Positions 13,701 to 26,700 are shown, counted from the stretch's first letter. The stretch is 64,000 nucleotides of DNA from Bugula neritina (GCA_964035545.1 OZ037770.1:9802973-9866972), one strand, 5' to 3'. Numbers and translations: made by a program. The notes: generated by a model from the letters alone, not told the origin.

Positions 13701-14923
13701 TATCAAGTGTTTACTAAAATCGCTTAAAGGGACATATGTATATTATGTCCCTTTAATTGTTTAATTAAGTAAAGGCTAAGTAAAATGACCTTCATAGCAT
13801 TCAATCATTGAAAACAAAACTGTTTAAAAGTTTTACAAGTTCGAGCAGTGCATATTAATTATTTTTATTCAAAATATAATTTTCATATAATTTTACATTT
13901 TGCGTGTAATAAATTAGGCTATATTATAGCAAAATTTAAATTTAAAAATACTTTATTCATGCTAGTAGTATGGTTACTGCTAACTGTTGTGTTGGAGGGA
14001 ATAATGCATTTTCTTTACGTTATTTGCCTATAAATTATTGTCTAGGGTATACTGTAGCTATAATTGTTGTTTGTATAGCGTTACACAACCAAAACCATTT
14101 ACAATATAAGAAACATTTAAAAGATATTATAATCAAGCAGTTTTTTATAGGAATAAAAGATAAATAATTGCAATACGGCCTATACTTTGCTGAGCTTTGG
14201 TTATGAGAACAAAACTGACAGAATTTGAATATAAAGTGTAAAAACTAGCGTAAATCTTCTGCTTTTGAAAAGATTTACCTGCAGCGTAAATTCCAATTGG
14301 AGTTAGTGAAGTTATCCATAGCCCAGTCTGTTCATCAATATTGTGTTCAGTCATCATTTCCACAAGAATTATTCCAATTATTCTTGATTGAGGAGTAGTC
14401 AAGGCATATATGAGGCAAGCCACTAAAATGAATAAGATTTCTGAGAGGAACAATTTGCCAAAACTAAATTGCAGACAAATTAAGTTATGATAGAGTATTT
14501 TAAGACACGATTTCAATAAAGTGCCAAAAATTGTAAATGAGGTATTTTAGCTAATAAACTTATTATAATTATGATGATTGTGCAATGCAATCAGATCTCA
14601 TTTTTAAAAGTCATCAATCGATGCATTAAGTTTCCAAGAGCAGTTGAACAACGAACAAACTGATGTTTTGTTCCAAATTGCCTATACCTATCAGAAACTA
14701 TTAAAATGATAAAAAATATTATTTTACGTTTTCCTTTTAGATTTCTTCATCAAAATACTAGCTTCTTTTACAGCACAAATTCAATGCACTTATTCAACTC
14801 TCCACCAAAATATTAGCCTAACTTGCATATTAAGTGAGTGTCAAATATAACTTTATAATTACCTGCTGCCACTAGCCAAGAGTACCTGCTATCTACAGGA
14901 TAGGCTGTATTCTTAGTCCTCAT
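7798..14923 (-). CDS. SLC16/MCT-like MFS transporter, tandem copy B, intact, 10 exons, 477 aa
   Basis: Exons 14863-14923, 14279-14422, 12164-12304, 11759-11999, 11239-11339, 10396-10478, 9520-9699, 8948-9140, 8145-8282 and 7798-7949 total 1434 nt, open from MRTKNTAYPVDSRYSW to ..CREPMPK*. Two hydrophobic halves are separated by a hydrophilic loop (exons 5-6); also FPLYAEELGI and YGVMEIPGKILQG. Confidence 0.9.
10000..10089 (-). pseudogene. Truncated duplicate of the 5' half of exon 7, inside intron 6 of copy B (pseudo-exon ending in TAA)
   Basis: Minus strand ttacag|AATTCAACATCA... encodes NSTSSLENSASLKFMLKLFFTNKMFLAYI*, followed by GTAAAG; true exon 7 reads KSSPTRAENSSSLKFMLRLFFTNKMFLAYML. 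Confidence 0.85.
12448..12640 (+). mobile_element. SINE family B copy (degraded), at the same intron 2 position as the copy at 22215-22430
   Basis: ggtgatgttagaaagagcatc..tcataattact..catatgaata.gtccttagc..gttctcacagg..agtgact.taaac matches 53253-53466. Confidence 0.75.
13351..13572. repeat. 10-bp minisatellite (AAGGAGGACC)n, about 22 units
   Basis: Read directly, with variants AAGGAGAACC, AAAGAGGACC and AAGGAGGACT. Confidence 0.95.
13724..13756. mobile_element. Minimal TTAA-flanked palindrome resembling the two ends of a Kolobok/T2-type element
   Basis: TTAA-AGGGACATA-tgtatat-TATGTCCCT-TTAA, with perfect 13-bp arms including TTAA. Confidence 0.5.
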
Positions 14924-15573
14924 ATTAACCTTCTAATCTGTACCACTTTGTGGAAAGCTTGGTTATGCGTGTTTACCTTTATGCCATATCTTGATTATGC
15001 AAAACTCTACGTTTTGAGGAAAGGCTTCACCCTTCATTAATTACGGAAAGTTTAACTAACATCTTATGATGACCACTACAATATCATCCTGAAACTTTAA
15101 ATTTTTCATAGTATAATTTGTTAGATTATTCTGATAATAGCTAATCAAAGCATTGCTGAGTTGGAGGGTACTGAACCCCACATTTCTCCTCCACTTTATG
15201 TAGGATTTAGCATCTACATTAATAATTCTAAAGACTATTTATGTGCTTTATTGTAGGAGTAAATACAAGTTATTTCGTTACTGCTTTGTCCTTTAATGCT
15301 TATCCTTGAGAGACTTTTGATAAACACTGCATCATATGTGCGCTGTAAGCTTGTCATAAAGCAAAGAGATGAAAGCAAATGAAGGTGTAATAAGACTGCA
15401 ACAAAATTTATACCAATGTTACCTAGCTTCTACTTACAAATATTTTATACAGACTTTATTCTCTCAGGTTTTATAGGAGAGTCAAATACTTGTATTATCT
15501 ATAAAATTATGTGTAAATTTAAAGGTCTTGTTTAGAATATCAATGTAATCCTATAATATAAAATTATTGAAGT

Positions 15574-16318
15574 GCGGTAGAGTGGGGCTAGTTTGGCCAC
15601 ATAACACGTTGAACCAAATGCTCTAATTTTTTTTAAAATCATTGTACTATGTTACTACCTTTATTTAATAGCTGTCTAGGTGAATGACCAGATGTCTTGA
15701 AATACAAGAAATCAAAGTAGAGGTTTTCAGCCTTTAAAGAAAGTTGTTTATGCTCAACCATACTGTGCCTTTTCTGATGACATATGGGAAGACTCCACTT
15801 CATATCTGCATTTTTTCAAGGATGATTAACGAAAAAACAACTTATGAAAGCTTGCCTACCAGTTTGCTCCTGCTGTTTGGGTTTTAGAAGCATTGTCAGC
15901 GCCTATAATCTTTGAGATGTTAAATGGTTACAGCGACATATATATAGTTTTTGTTATTTGCTTATGCCAATTTATTTTATTAGCTTTTCTGATTATGTAT
16001 TGTCAATTTCTATTAATAAATTTCGCAGTTTGCTAATTAGTTAAAACAAGCTATATTATAAAATAAATGGCATTATCTAAAAGGTCAGCTCAACTTGCCC
16101 TCTCCCTGCAGGCTGCGTTAAGTGCCAAAAAACTTACAGGCAAAGAATTGGCTCTATCTTAGTGAGTAAAGTGCTTATGCATTTGGTTTGAATGGGCAAA
16201 TTAAAACAGCAGTATATGGTTGGCTTTCATGATGCTGGTCTTTAGATTGACAATAAGTTTCTTCAAAACCAGCGTTTAAAAAGGCAAAATTTGGTTCAAA
16301 TAGCCACACCTTTTCTAG
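15574..16318. mobile_element. Probable old non-autonomous DNA transposon (TcMar-like ends) upstream of copy B
   Basis: Left end cggtagagtggggctagtttggcca versus reverse complement of the right end agaaaaggtgtggctatttgaaccaa. The segment has no counterpart in the homologous upstream region of copy C; homology resumes near 16370 and 28390 (cactaa.agtcatggtct). Confidence 0.45.
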
Positions 16319-17709
16319 ATATAATTAAGATGCATATTTTATGTGATGTCTATTTTTGTTACAAACTGGTGCCTTCATTGAATATAAAGAGAGTCTGGCA
16401 GTCACTAACAGTCATGGTCTCTGTTAGTCATGTGATGAACTAAAAATAGTAAGTATACATCTAAAGCTATATGTGCAATAAGCTATCTATATATAGCTAT
16501 TCAAGATAAGCTATCTAAATATAGCTATGTATGGTAAGAGTACCAATTGTTGAATTATAGTTCTAGTTCTATAATGAGGTACCTCTGTTGAAGAGTAAGT
16601 TTCAAAACGACGTAGGCAAACTTTATTAGGTGATTAAAGATAATACAACATTTACTCATTTATTAGTAGTAAAATTAGTGATTAAATTAAATTAATTGGT
16701 AATTAAAATAAATTAATTAGTAATTAAAATTTTATTCCTACACCAATTGTATGCTATAACCACTAATCACAGCAGTACTCATCTTTTTGTCCAAACAAAC
16801 AAACACGTAGTAGAATGCAATAGTCAACTATTCCGAGTTGCCTAACTGTGCATGAATAAATTTATGGGTTGAGCAACTGTTATAGAATTATTTAAAATGA
16901 GGAGAAAACTCCTTATATATTGCTACTGAGCAAAAACACCAGCTAAAAAAGTTTGAGCAAACTCTGGCACAATAATTTTGCTTATGTAAAAGTACAAGCA
17001 ACAAAATTAGGTTTAAATATGTTGATTTTATAGGCTAGCACAGTGAGTTTCAATGTAAGCCATATTAGAACCAGTTTTGCCAGTCTGCTGAAATATTAAT
17101 TTAGTATTCTTTTCATTTATTTGATTTATTAAAACGTTGAATTAAACTCATACCTAAAAATTTAAACTGTGCATTACTAAATTATTTGTTGATATTTATT
17201 TTAGGAATGAGGAATTTAAATGCTATAGAATAAAATTGCTTTACAATATTATACTATTATTGAAGAACTTTAATGTGATATATTTGTCTTGCGCGCTTGT
17301 AAATTATTAATTGTTCTTGAGCATTATTTTCTACTAATAGGTAGATAATTGTGGTACAAAGTTTATAGCTGTTATACTGATTTTTAAAGACAAAATTTTA
17401 AGAATGTCTTTGGTAAAGATGTATTTATAAATATAGAGTGACCGTAAATAAATGATATTTATGATGGTTCATTGGATTACACTTGAAGTTTTATTTAGAT
17501 GAGAGATTGCACTTGAAGAAATTACTCGGAAGCAATTCAGAACATATATCAATTTTCCTGGAAAAAATAGTCAACTATTTCAAGTGTAAAATGCAAAACC
17601 ATAACATAATATAAGTTAAAAAAAATTGTCTTGTTTGCAAAATTAAGTTGCATAGTTACAGTTACAATTTTGAAGAGTCATTAGGTAAAATAAATTGGCT
17701 TAACACAAG

Positions 17710-20700
17710 CTATTTTGGGATTGGAGTTTTACAACTGCACAACTTGACTTCTACTGGAAATATTTTGCTAGTTATAATATTCATTATACCAGCTAAGAGT
17801 AGAGTACCCACTAAGTAATACAGTACAGCATTCCAAGATCCTGATTTGGCTTGTATCATTGCTAAAACAAAAAAAATCATAATTTTTTTTCACTAAAGTG
17901 AACGTTATAATATCTTATATATAATTTTGCAAATTGTTGAAATATAACAAATAGAAAATTGAAAAACAGTATTAAATATAAAATTACAGATATTAACATG
18001 ATATTTATTATTTCGTAGGCTACCAGTACATGATGTGCTTTTATATAGACTCACGGGTTATGCCAAATGATAAAGCTGTAGCTAAACATTGTCCACTCAA
18101 AATTAGCCCAGATCCAAAAGATGCCACCTTTGTGTCAAATCTTTCCAATATCACCAGGGGAGGCAAGCTCATAACAGCACTGAAAAAGATACCTGTAAAA
18201 ACAAATTAATTAGTTTTAAAACAAATTTATTTTTTAAATTTCTTTGAAGATTTTTACATTAACAAAATACTCTGTCAGTTTCAAAAACACGCTGTATTTT
18301 TTATTCGTGTAAGTTTTTGTGACTGACAATAACCTTTGTGTAGTTTTTATGTCCCTATCAATAAAAGTGATGTAGAAGATGATTTTTAATCAAAACGAGA
18401 TAGATGCAATAAATTATAGCAAAAATATTAGTCTGAAGTCTTATCACTATAGTGGAGGAAATAATTAGTAACCAACAGTAAAAATCAAGCTTTCCGCATA
18501 TAATTGTTTCATTTTATTTTCCTCAAAAAAACATTTAAATTAGACTAGCTGTTAGAGATATTACTGTAATATATGGCAAGATAGGAAACTAATAAAGGAA
18601 TTTGAGGTCATTCTATAGAGTTCAAATCAACTTTATAAAGAAAACGTACAATTGGTAAAATTGGCAGTGTTATAAACAATGCTAGTAAAGATCACTAAAC
18701 ATTAGCTAGGTTGTAATGTTCAGGTTCCCGAGTGGCCACTGTAGTGTAATGGTAGTGCACCTGCTTGCGCAAGCTGAAGCTCTCGAGTTTGAATCCCAGT
18801 GAGGATAAAAGCTTTATACTCTATTTTGGTTTTTAGTAAATTGTGGCAGTACTCTGAGAGAGTTTATCTCGTGCCCCTTGTGATGTAATGGTAACAGGCC
18901 TGCTTGCAAACCAGAGTTTCAACGAGGGCAAAAGTTTTATTAAAAAAGTGCAATACAAACCTAGGAAGAGAAAGGACACATAGAAAGCTTCCTTTTTAGC
19001 CCAGACAGCTGCCAGTAATATACTACATCCTGCTCCAATAGAGGAAACACCCAGCTGAAAGAGAGCTGATACTAGTTTCTGATTGGCTAATACACCTTGC
19101 AATATCTTGCTTGGTATCTCAATAGCTCCATAAACAATAAATGCTGTTGAAACCTAAAAAGACACAATTCAAGTTAAAAAAAACATGAAATACAAAATAG
19201 AAGTTTTTATAATCTTATGTCCAAGTTTCAAGCTAGACTTGAGCTTTTGCTATTTAATTATTGTTTAATTTATTACCAAACTGTCTTTCAACATTATTTT
19301 AAACACATTTGAGATCTATACCAATTATTAGTTCAGAGTTTTTATATTTATAATCAAATTACCTCATATTTGGCTGCCTAAACTACTAGTTTTAGAAAAA
19401 AATTTAATCTTTTATAAAATAAGATTTAATGTTTTTGCCCAAAAAATGAAACTATAATTTGTTTATAGCGCATCATGTTTGATGACTTAATCTCATAGTC
19501 TAATAATATTATGTAACAAAAACTTACATGATACTTGGCTATTCCCAGTTCTTCTGCATATAATGGGAAAACCGCAAATGAAGATGCAAATCCTTGGATC
19601 AACAGGCATGAAGAGAGCATGTACACTAGAAACATTTTGTTTGTGAAAAATAGTTTCAGCATAAACTTCAGGGACGTGGAGTTCTCTGCTCTTGCAGGTG
19701 AAGAATTCTGTAAAACAGCAATTTTTAAACAGATTGAATGAAAACAGGTCATAATAATGGTAGGTTACTTTTTTAGTTTTCAGATTATGTAAAATATATG
19801 AATAAAAAAAAGAAATTTCAAGTGCAACAGTGTTATTTTTAGAAGTAGTTATATTCTGTAATATTTAAGTCTGCATACAAGAACTATAACATGCATCACT
19901 CTGATTGTTGGAATTGGGAAATCCCCTATATTATGAGCACACACTAGTTTTTATGTCATTGTAAAATATTTCGATAAGCCATCAAAATGTTCAATTTCAA
20001 GCAATTGTTATAAATTTACCTTGTTTTCATCAACATCTTTAGCATTTTGATAGCTTTGACAATTTGAGTTTTGAAATTCATTCTGTTGATTTTCTGTTAC
20101 ATCTGTAGACAAAAAGCATTGCAATATAACTGAAGAGACTCCTGCATCTTTTGGTAAAAAAAATTATGAACAGCTCAAAAAAAATTATCTGTGCAAAAAT
20201 TTATAGATTAAAAGTTTTGTTTCAAAATAAACAGTTTATTAATTAAATCGAAAAAATCAATTATGTAGTTTACCTGCCTTAAATAGATTTCATAATATAT
20301 ATTCATATGTTTCATTTATGTATTTATACCATAATTGATACTATTCAATATTTGATTATGCATTTATACATTTCTCAGTTTATGTATAATCAAAAATTAT
20401 GTTCTATTATTCAGTACTACAGATTCTATTTTTGGATCTGTATCTTCAATGACTCCTAAAAATTCTTGTAGTATCTTTATTGGCTATAGGTGTCAACAAT
20501 TCTTAAATGTGCTTTTAAAGTTCTCTAAAATCAGTTCGATATTTAATTTAGCTTTTTTACAAAGTAACTATGTTTATGCTTTGATTAAATAAGTCACAAC
20601 ATTATATATTGCTGTAGAATAAATTTTTGTACGGCTAAATCCCACTATAGTTCTGATTTTATTATGAGTTGTCTACTCTCTAGTTGAAACCTTGTGAGAG

Positions 20701-23700
20701 TATTATTATAATATAGTATTACTATACATTAACTCATTTCAAGCGCGTTTTAGAGTTACTCGCTCTTTGTTTTTGTAAAATATTTTTAATCTGAGTTTTG
20801 TTAAAATTGTCAATTTTTTTGCGTTATTGCTTTCAATATAATAACCTACTTCACATAATAGCAAGGGTTGTTTGCATTATTTTATAAAAAAAATAACTTA
20901 TACCTTCAATGACAGACAATGACACCGTAGAAACATTCAGCTTGTCAGTTGACTTGCAATTCTCGACTAACTCTTTATCGGATGACTTTCTTGAAACTGT
21001 TCTAAAAATAGAAAGCTTATTATTCAGTCTGCAGCATTTTTATTACATTTCTTTCTATTTTGCTGACACATTTTCGAACAGAAAAAATATGTTCTTTCAC
21101 AATGTAAATGAATGGTTCTTGCAATAGAATAAGTAAGGTTATAGCTTGCTTTAAGTTTTTTTAGCATGGAATCATGTATTTTTAAAAATTAAAAGTAAGA
21201 TAGATAAAAGCTTATTCTTAGGTTATTTACCAAACTTCATTTTCATTGAGTAATAGAAAATACTCAACACAACTGAAGTTGGTTATGTTCAGCCAGGAAG
21301 TTGTAGCTGGTATCTTCAGTTAACCAGGTTTGAAATTTTAGTTAATGTTTTTATTGAAGAGCATTTGGCTTTAAAGGAGTGAAAGTATGAATAATATAAT
21401 ATTAACTACTGAATATTACCTTACTAAATAGTAATATAATAGGATAAATGTAAATAATTATGCATGGAGTTGAACTGTAAGCTATTCCATAAAGCTAGTT
21501 GGTTCTCTTTACATACCAGTACGACTCAGGTTTGATTAGCATAAGCAGTAGAAGAAACTGCATTACTGTGCCTGCTATAAATATCATTGTTTCCTGGTAT
21601 GTGAAATTATCAAACAGAACTCTACAGAATGATGGCAGAGATAAAGTGCCAACACCAGCTCCAGCTGTAACCAGACCCACAGCTGTTGCTTTCTTTTTCT
21701 CAAAGTAAACAGCGGCCGTCCAAATCATTGCCATAAATGAAAAGCCGACGCCAAGACCTTATAAAACCACAAATAAAATTGCAAATATTTTACTTATGAC
21801 ATGAAAAATATTGCCTATAGTTTTTCTAATAGAACATAAAATTTGTAACTGGTCATGCTACTTTACATCATTATATTTAATAGTCATCAAAAGAAATTTA
21901 GAAACAGAAACAATATCTCACCAATAAGGAATGTTGCCACACAGAGCACATATATATTTGGTGCATAAGCCAAGAGAACATAACCAGAAGATATTAGCAC
22001 CATTCCAACAGCTCCCACAATTCTGTGCTGTACTCTAGTCAAGGCATATCCTGCCACTGGACCTGCAGAAATATAAACTTTAAGAGTTTATAGACAGCTG
22101 TTTAGCTGTGAATTTAGTTTTGCACATTGTCAATTTATTTATATAATATACAATTTAGACTACTCGATCAAAGTAGAGTGTGTAACAAGCAACTAATATT
22201 GCAATAAAGATTAACAGGAGCTGGTGAGCAGATGGGTTTGGACGATTGGTAAATGAGATGTCAGTGATTCAAGTTCAACCAGCAGCGGCATGTTGCTAGA
22301 AAGAGCACTCGAGTCATAATTACTCCTGTGCAACATATGAATAAGTTTTTAGCCTGATTTAAAAAAGAACCCTTTCTGTTTGAGGTTCTCACACGGATAG
22401 TGACCATAAACTTGCATGGGTTAATTTTAAAATTATTAACAAATGCAACTATTAAAATATTATTGTCAACTATTTAAACTGCATGATTTCAGCAGATATT
22501 TTGAAGAACTGCTTTAATTCCAAAAAGATGTTTTACAATATGCTGTAGTAGATTTTGAAAGCTATCATCATGTTATGTTCTGGAAAACTCTAGAATGCAT
22601 TAACTATTAGCTATTAGCTATTATAGCTAAACTAGTTGTTTTTATAACTAAAATATTTGCGTAGCTTTCTGAATGCTTTAATTGTTGTTATTATAGTTAA
22701 GCTCTTGGCGTAGTTTCTTTGTTTATTTTTATGTAAATCTGATTTCGGCCAAACTTCAGAGGTTCCGAACTTTGGGGTGACTAATTGGGGCCCCAAAGTT
22801 TGGGAGCCCCAAAATTCTGGGTGTCCGACTTGATTGGGTTCTGGACTTTGGGGTGACTGATTGGGGCCCCAAAGTTTGGGAGCCCCAAAATTCTGGGTGT
22901 CCGACTTGACATACCCAAATTTTGAGGTGTGCAATTAGGCCTAATCCGAATGGAATATTCTAAAAATAAGGCGCCCAATTTTTAGAGGATAAAAAAGAGC
23001 AAGCTCGCAATGTAGAACCAGTTTACCACTGGAGCTCTAGAAGGACGCATCATAGATAAAAACGTTTACACGGCAGTGCAAGATCAGTCAGACTAGGCAG
23101 CATGGCTGCTCCATCAAGACCACTGGTTGACAAGGGCTCTGCACTAGTCAACCAAGGCAAGTGGTAGCAATGGATTTAGTCAAACCTATGCTGTGATGTG
23201 CCAGAAAAAACACCTGGATTTTGGTGCTCACAGATTACTTCCACAGGTGGGCTGACACCCTGGCTATTCTCGATGCCTCAGTCTCCACAGCGGTCCAGGC
23301 TCAAGACCAACGTGTGTTCTGTTATTTGAGGTTACTGAAGTAGATACATTTCAACCAGGGTGTCCAGTTTTAGTTTCAGTTGATGAGTGAACTCTGCTGG
23401 ATATAGGGGTGAATCAGAGTCAGATAGTCCCATGTCATCCACAAGGGAATGGAGTCGTAGAGCGAAACAACAGAATGTTGCATGATGCCTTGAGAAGTAT
23501 ACTCTTAGGCAGAGGCTGGGAGGACTGAGACGTAGTGCTGTCACAAATCATGCGAGAATACCACAGCACCCCACACTCCAGCACCCAGAAAACTCCGAGC
23601 CTTTTGATGCTCGTCCGAGAGACCCAGGTTCTGGAGCACCTGACATGCCCCGTTCCAGCACCCGATGCCCCAGTACATGAGTTCGTGGGGGAGCTGATTG

Positions 23701-26700
23701 ACAAAATGCAGACAGATCATGGGGTTCTGCAAGGAAAGCAGTGGAAGGTGCGGACAAAATACTTTGATTCAACCCCCCGCCGTGTACCAAGTAAGGGACT
23801 GAATAGATGGTCAGTCAACATAGGCGTCACAGACAGTTAGCAACGCTTCAATACAAGTTCATTGGACCCTACTGTGCGGTGAAAGTCCTGCCCAATCACA
23901 CTTATCATGTGGAGGGCTCTGCACAGATCTCAGTCCAGAGTGAGCAGCGACTGAAATGAAACTGTGTCAGCCCAGACGCTGTAGGGCAGGCCCCCTTATT
24001 GCTGAAGCCAGCTTGTCACCTCCTTACCCAAAGGAGGACAACTAGACCATGGGAGTGGAAGGTTTTTATCTCCAGACCCGATGAGCCCAGTAACGTACCA
24101 GAATTGCCCTCTCAGTCTAAACCATCAGATCAGCCAGCTCCGGATCCAGCCGTGGTGGCTCCGCGATTAAAAGACATCCCCACTTTTGGAGTGGGCTAGG
24201 GAGGGCCACCCCATTTGTGGAGCTCACGGGATGCTCGGCCTTCTGACTTTTGCCTTTGGAACAAAGACAATGTAGCAGAAGACTCCCCAGCTACCTGGCT
24301 GATTACCACCATAAAAATCTGGAACTGTAACTACTAGGGTGACAGATAGGAGAGAGTTCTACACCCTGTTCGGGTAAAAACTCCAAGTTTCAAACAAGGA
24401 ATTGCCTTGTTGGGACAGAAATTTTCCTGAAGTTGCAGGATACCAGCACCGATAATCAGTGTGATCCCGATTTTTGAAGTTGTCGCTCCAAAAATCAGGA
24501 AACTGGTTTGCCAGTGAGGAACAAGTCGAAGAGTGATTACCAGCAGCCAGGGTCGTCCCGAGATCTGGGTGCCCGCCTGTCAATTTGAGTCTGTTGCATC
24601 TTCATCACTTTTACCTGCAGGCCCTTTACCATCTCCATCAGCACGGTGAACTGTGTGGGGACCGGCGACTTGAGGAGCTGATGAGATAGGCAAGGGTGCC
24701 TGTCATCCCTCTTCTTCAACCTAGTTAACAGTGAAGTCTGCTCTTTGGGGTCTCTCCACTTGGTAGTAAGCCTTCCTCATCTCTATTACTACTTCGATAG
24801 AGTTTACCTTAGCCGCCAGGTAGTAGCGTTATAGACTCTCATTATTTAGCGTCCAGAAAAATGCCTCATATGCCATGCTCCGACGTTCTACTTTATCAGT
24901 ACAACTGTAGGCAATTTGGACCAACTTCTCTATTTGGTTGGCGTAGTGTTGCAAAGATGTCCTCTGGCCTTTACTGAGGCTTTGTAATTGATCTCTTGTA
25001 TCCCAGGCAATCACACCAAACCGGATCCTGAGGGCCAGAAAGATTTGGCTCATGTCAGGGCTGAGTGCATAATTCTTGGTCCGACCAGTCAAGCAGGTCC
25101 AAAGTTGGAGGAGTCGCACCGGTGCTGGCTATTCAGCGATGGTGGCCACAATCTAAAATTTTTGGATAAACTGTTCAACAGCACTGTCGCCTCCGAAAGT
25201 CGGTGATTTGAGGCGTTACCTGTCACCAGGCGGTGTCTGACCAGCTCCACCAACTTCTTGGAGAGCTGTTACCAAGGTGCCCATTTTGAGGGCTTCTTCT
25301 TCTGACTGTCTCCCCTCTGCCCGGGCCATCTTGCCCCCCCCCCCCCTATCTGTCTATTAAATGCCATTTAGTCGTTCTGAAATATTACCGCTGCCACTAA
25401 TGTAGTGCTTTGATGGATTCAGAACAACTAAATGGAGAACATTATTAATTTTTGTTTTTACTAGAAAGATGAGAGAAGGTATTGAACTGTGTGTTGAATA
25501 GCTTTATTGTAGTAGAATAAGTAGTGAAGTCTTTATCTGGCGAGCCCGCTTCCATATATAGTTTGAAAGTTATTTCTTCTAGAATCTTCCACCAATCTTC
25601 GGCCGAAGATCGGATATTTTCAAAAGGTCAAAAATAGTGATTTTTAGAATATGACTGACATTGTACATATTCAGACTTTCGGAGTCTTGCTGGAGGGCCT
25701 GACATTCCGGCATGCGGATTTCGGCCAAAGATTGGTTTACACAAAGGAAAAGAGATTAACAAGTAAAATTAAATGAGAATATCAATGCGCTACATAATAC
25801 AAGTGTCACAAATTCTACTTTATAAACTGTTATTGTATATATCACTCTCTTTTGTAATCTAGCCTACACTTGTAACTAGTATGGCACACAAGTCTATGCA
25901 AGTATTATTGTGAGTATTATTATTTAAAAAAACTATCACACTGTAGCTATAATTATGTTATATACCATTGGGCAACTAAAGTCATTCATTGACATGATAA
26001 AAAGTTTGAAACTCTAATGAAGCAGTGTCGGAGTTAAAAGAAAAATCAATGAGTTGCAAAATGTCCTATATTTGGCTGAGTTTTGGTTATGAGAACAAAA
26101 GTGACAGAACTTAAATATAAAACAAACAAAAATAACATTAATAATCATATGCCTTTAAAGAGATTTACCTGCAGCTAATGTTGCAATCGGAGTTAGTGAA
26201 GTTATCCATAGCCCAGTCTGTTCATCAATATTGTATTCGGTCATTATTTCCACAAGAATTATTCCAATTATTCTTGATTGAGGAGTTGTTAAGGCATATA
26301 TAAGGCAGGCCACTGAAATAATTAAGATTTCTTAAAACAACTGATCGCCCATAGTAAAATGCAAACAGATTAATTTAGAATGTATTTTTTTCACACAATT
26401 TTGATAAAGTGCCAATGACTCTAGATGAAGCATTTCAGTTGACATCCTATGATCATTGTACAACTTGTTTACACTGGACTAGACTAACAGGCTAGACTTC
26501 ATCGTGGTCAGGGTTTATGGCCAGTCCACTATAGCTGTTCATATTAATAATCCAATTGAGAAACTAGAATGACTCATTTTAAGATGTCAGCTAGCAGGCT
26601 ATTTTAGCAAGCACTGCTAAACATCAGGCTGATGCATAAAAAAACACTATTTATTTTAGGTTATTTATACAAACTCATAGGCTATGCTAGAAACTCCTCC

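Larger units (their letters stand above)
22544..25794. mobile_element. Degenerate Ty3/Gypsy LTR-retrotransposon composite in intron 2 of copy C
   Basis: Begins with TGTAG exactly where homology to the copy B intron (..acaatatgc) stops and ends with CTACA. Contains a plus-strand integrase relic, a minus-strand gag relic, a PBS and an LTR. No TSD is visible. Confidence 0.85.

Noticed and set aside
17560-17709. SECIS element that would recode the copy C TGA as selenocysteine
   Set aside because: The only ATGA..AAAA seen in the proximal 3' UTR has the wrong spacing and no evident stem, and paralogs have Trp rather than Cys at that codon
22539-25799. Target-site duplication around the Gypsy composite
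   Set aside because: Flanks (..atatgc and taatac..) do not match, so it cannot be called a single clean insertion
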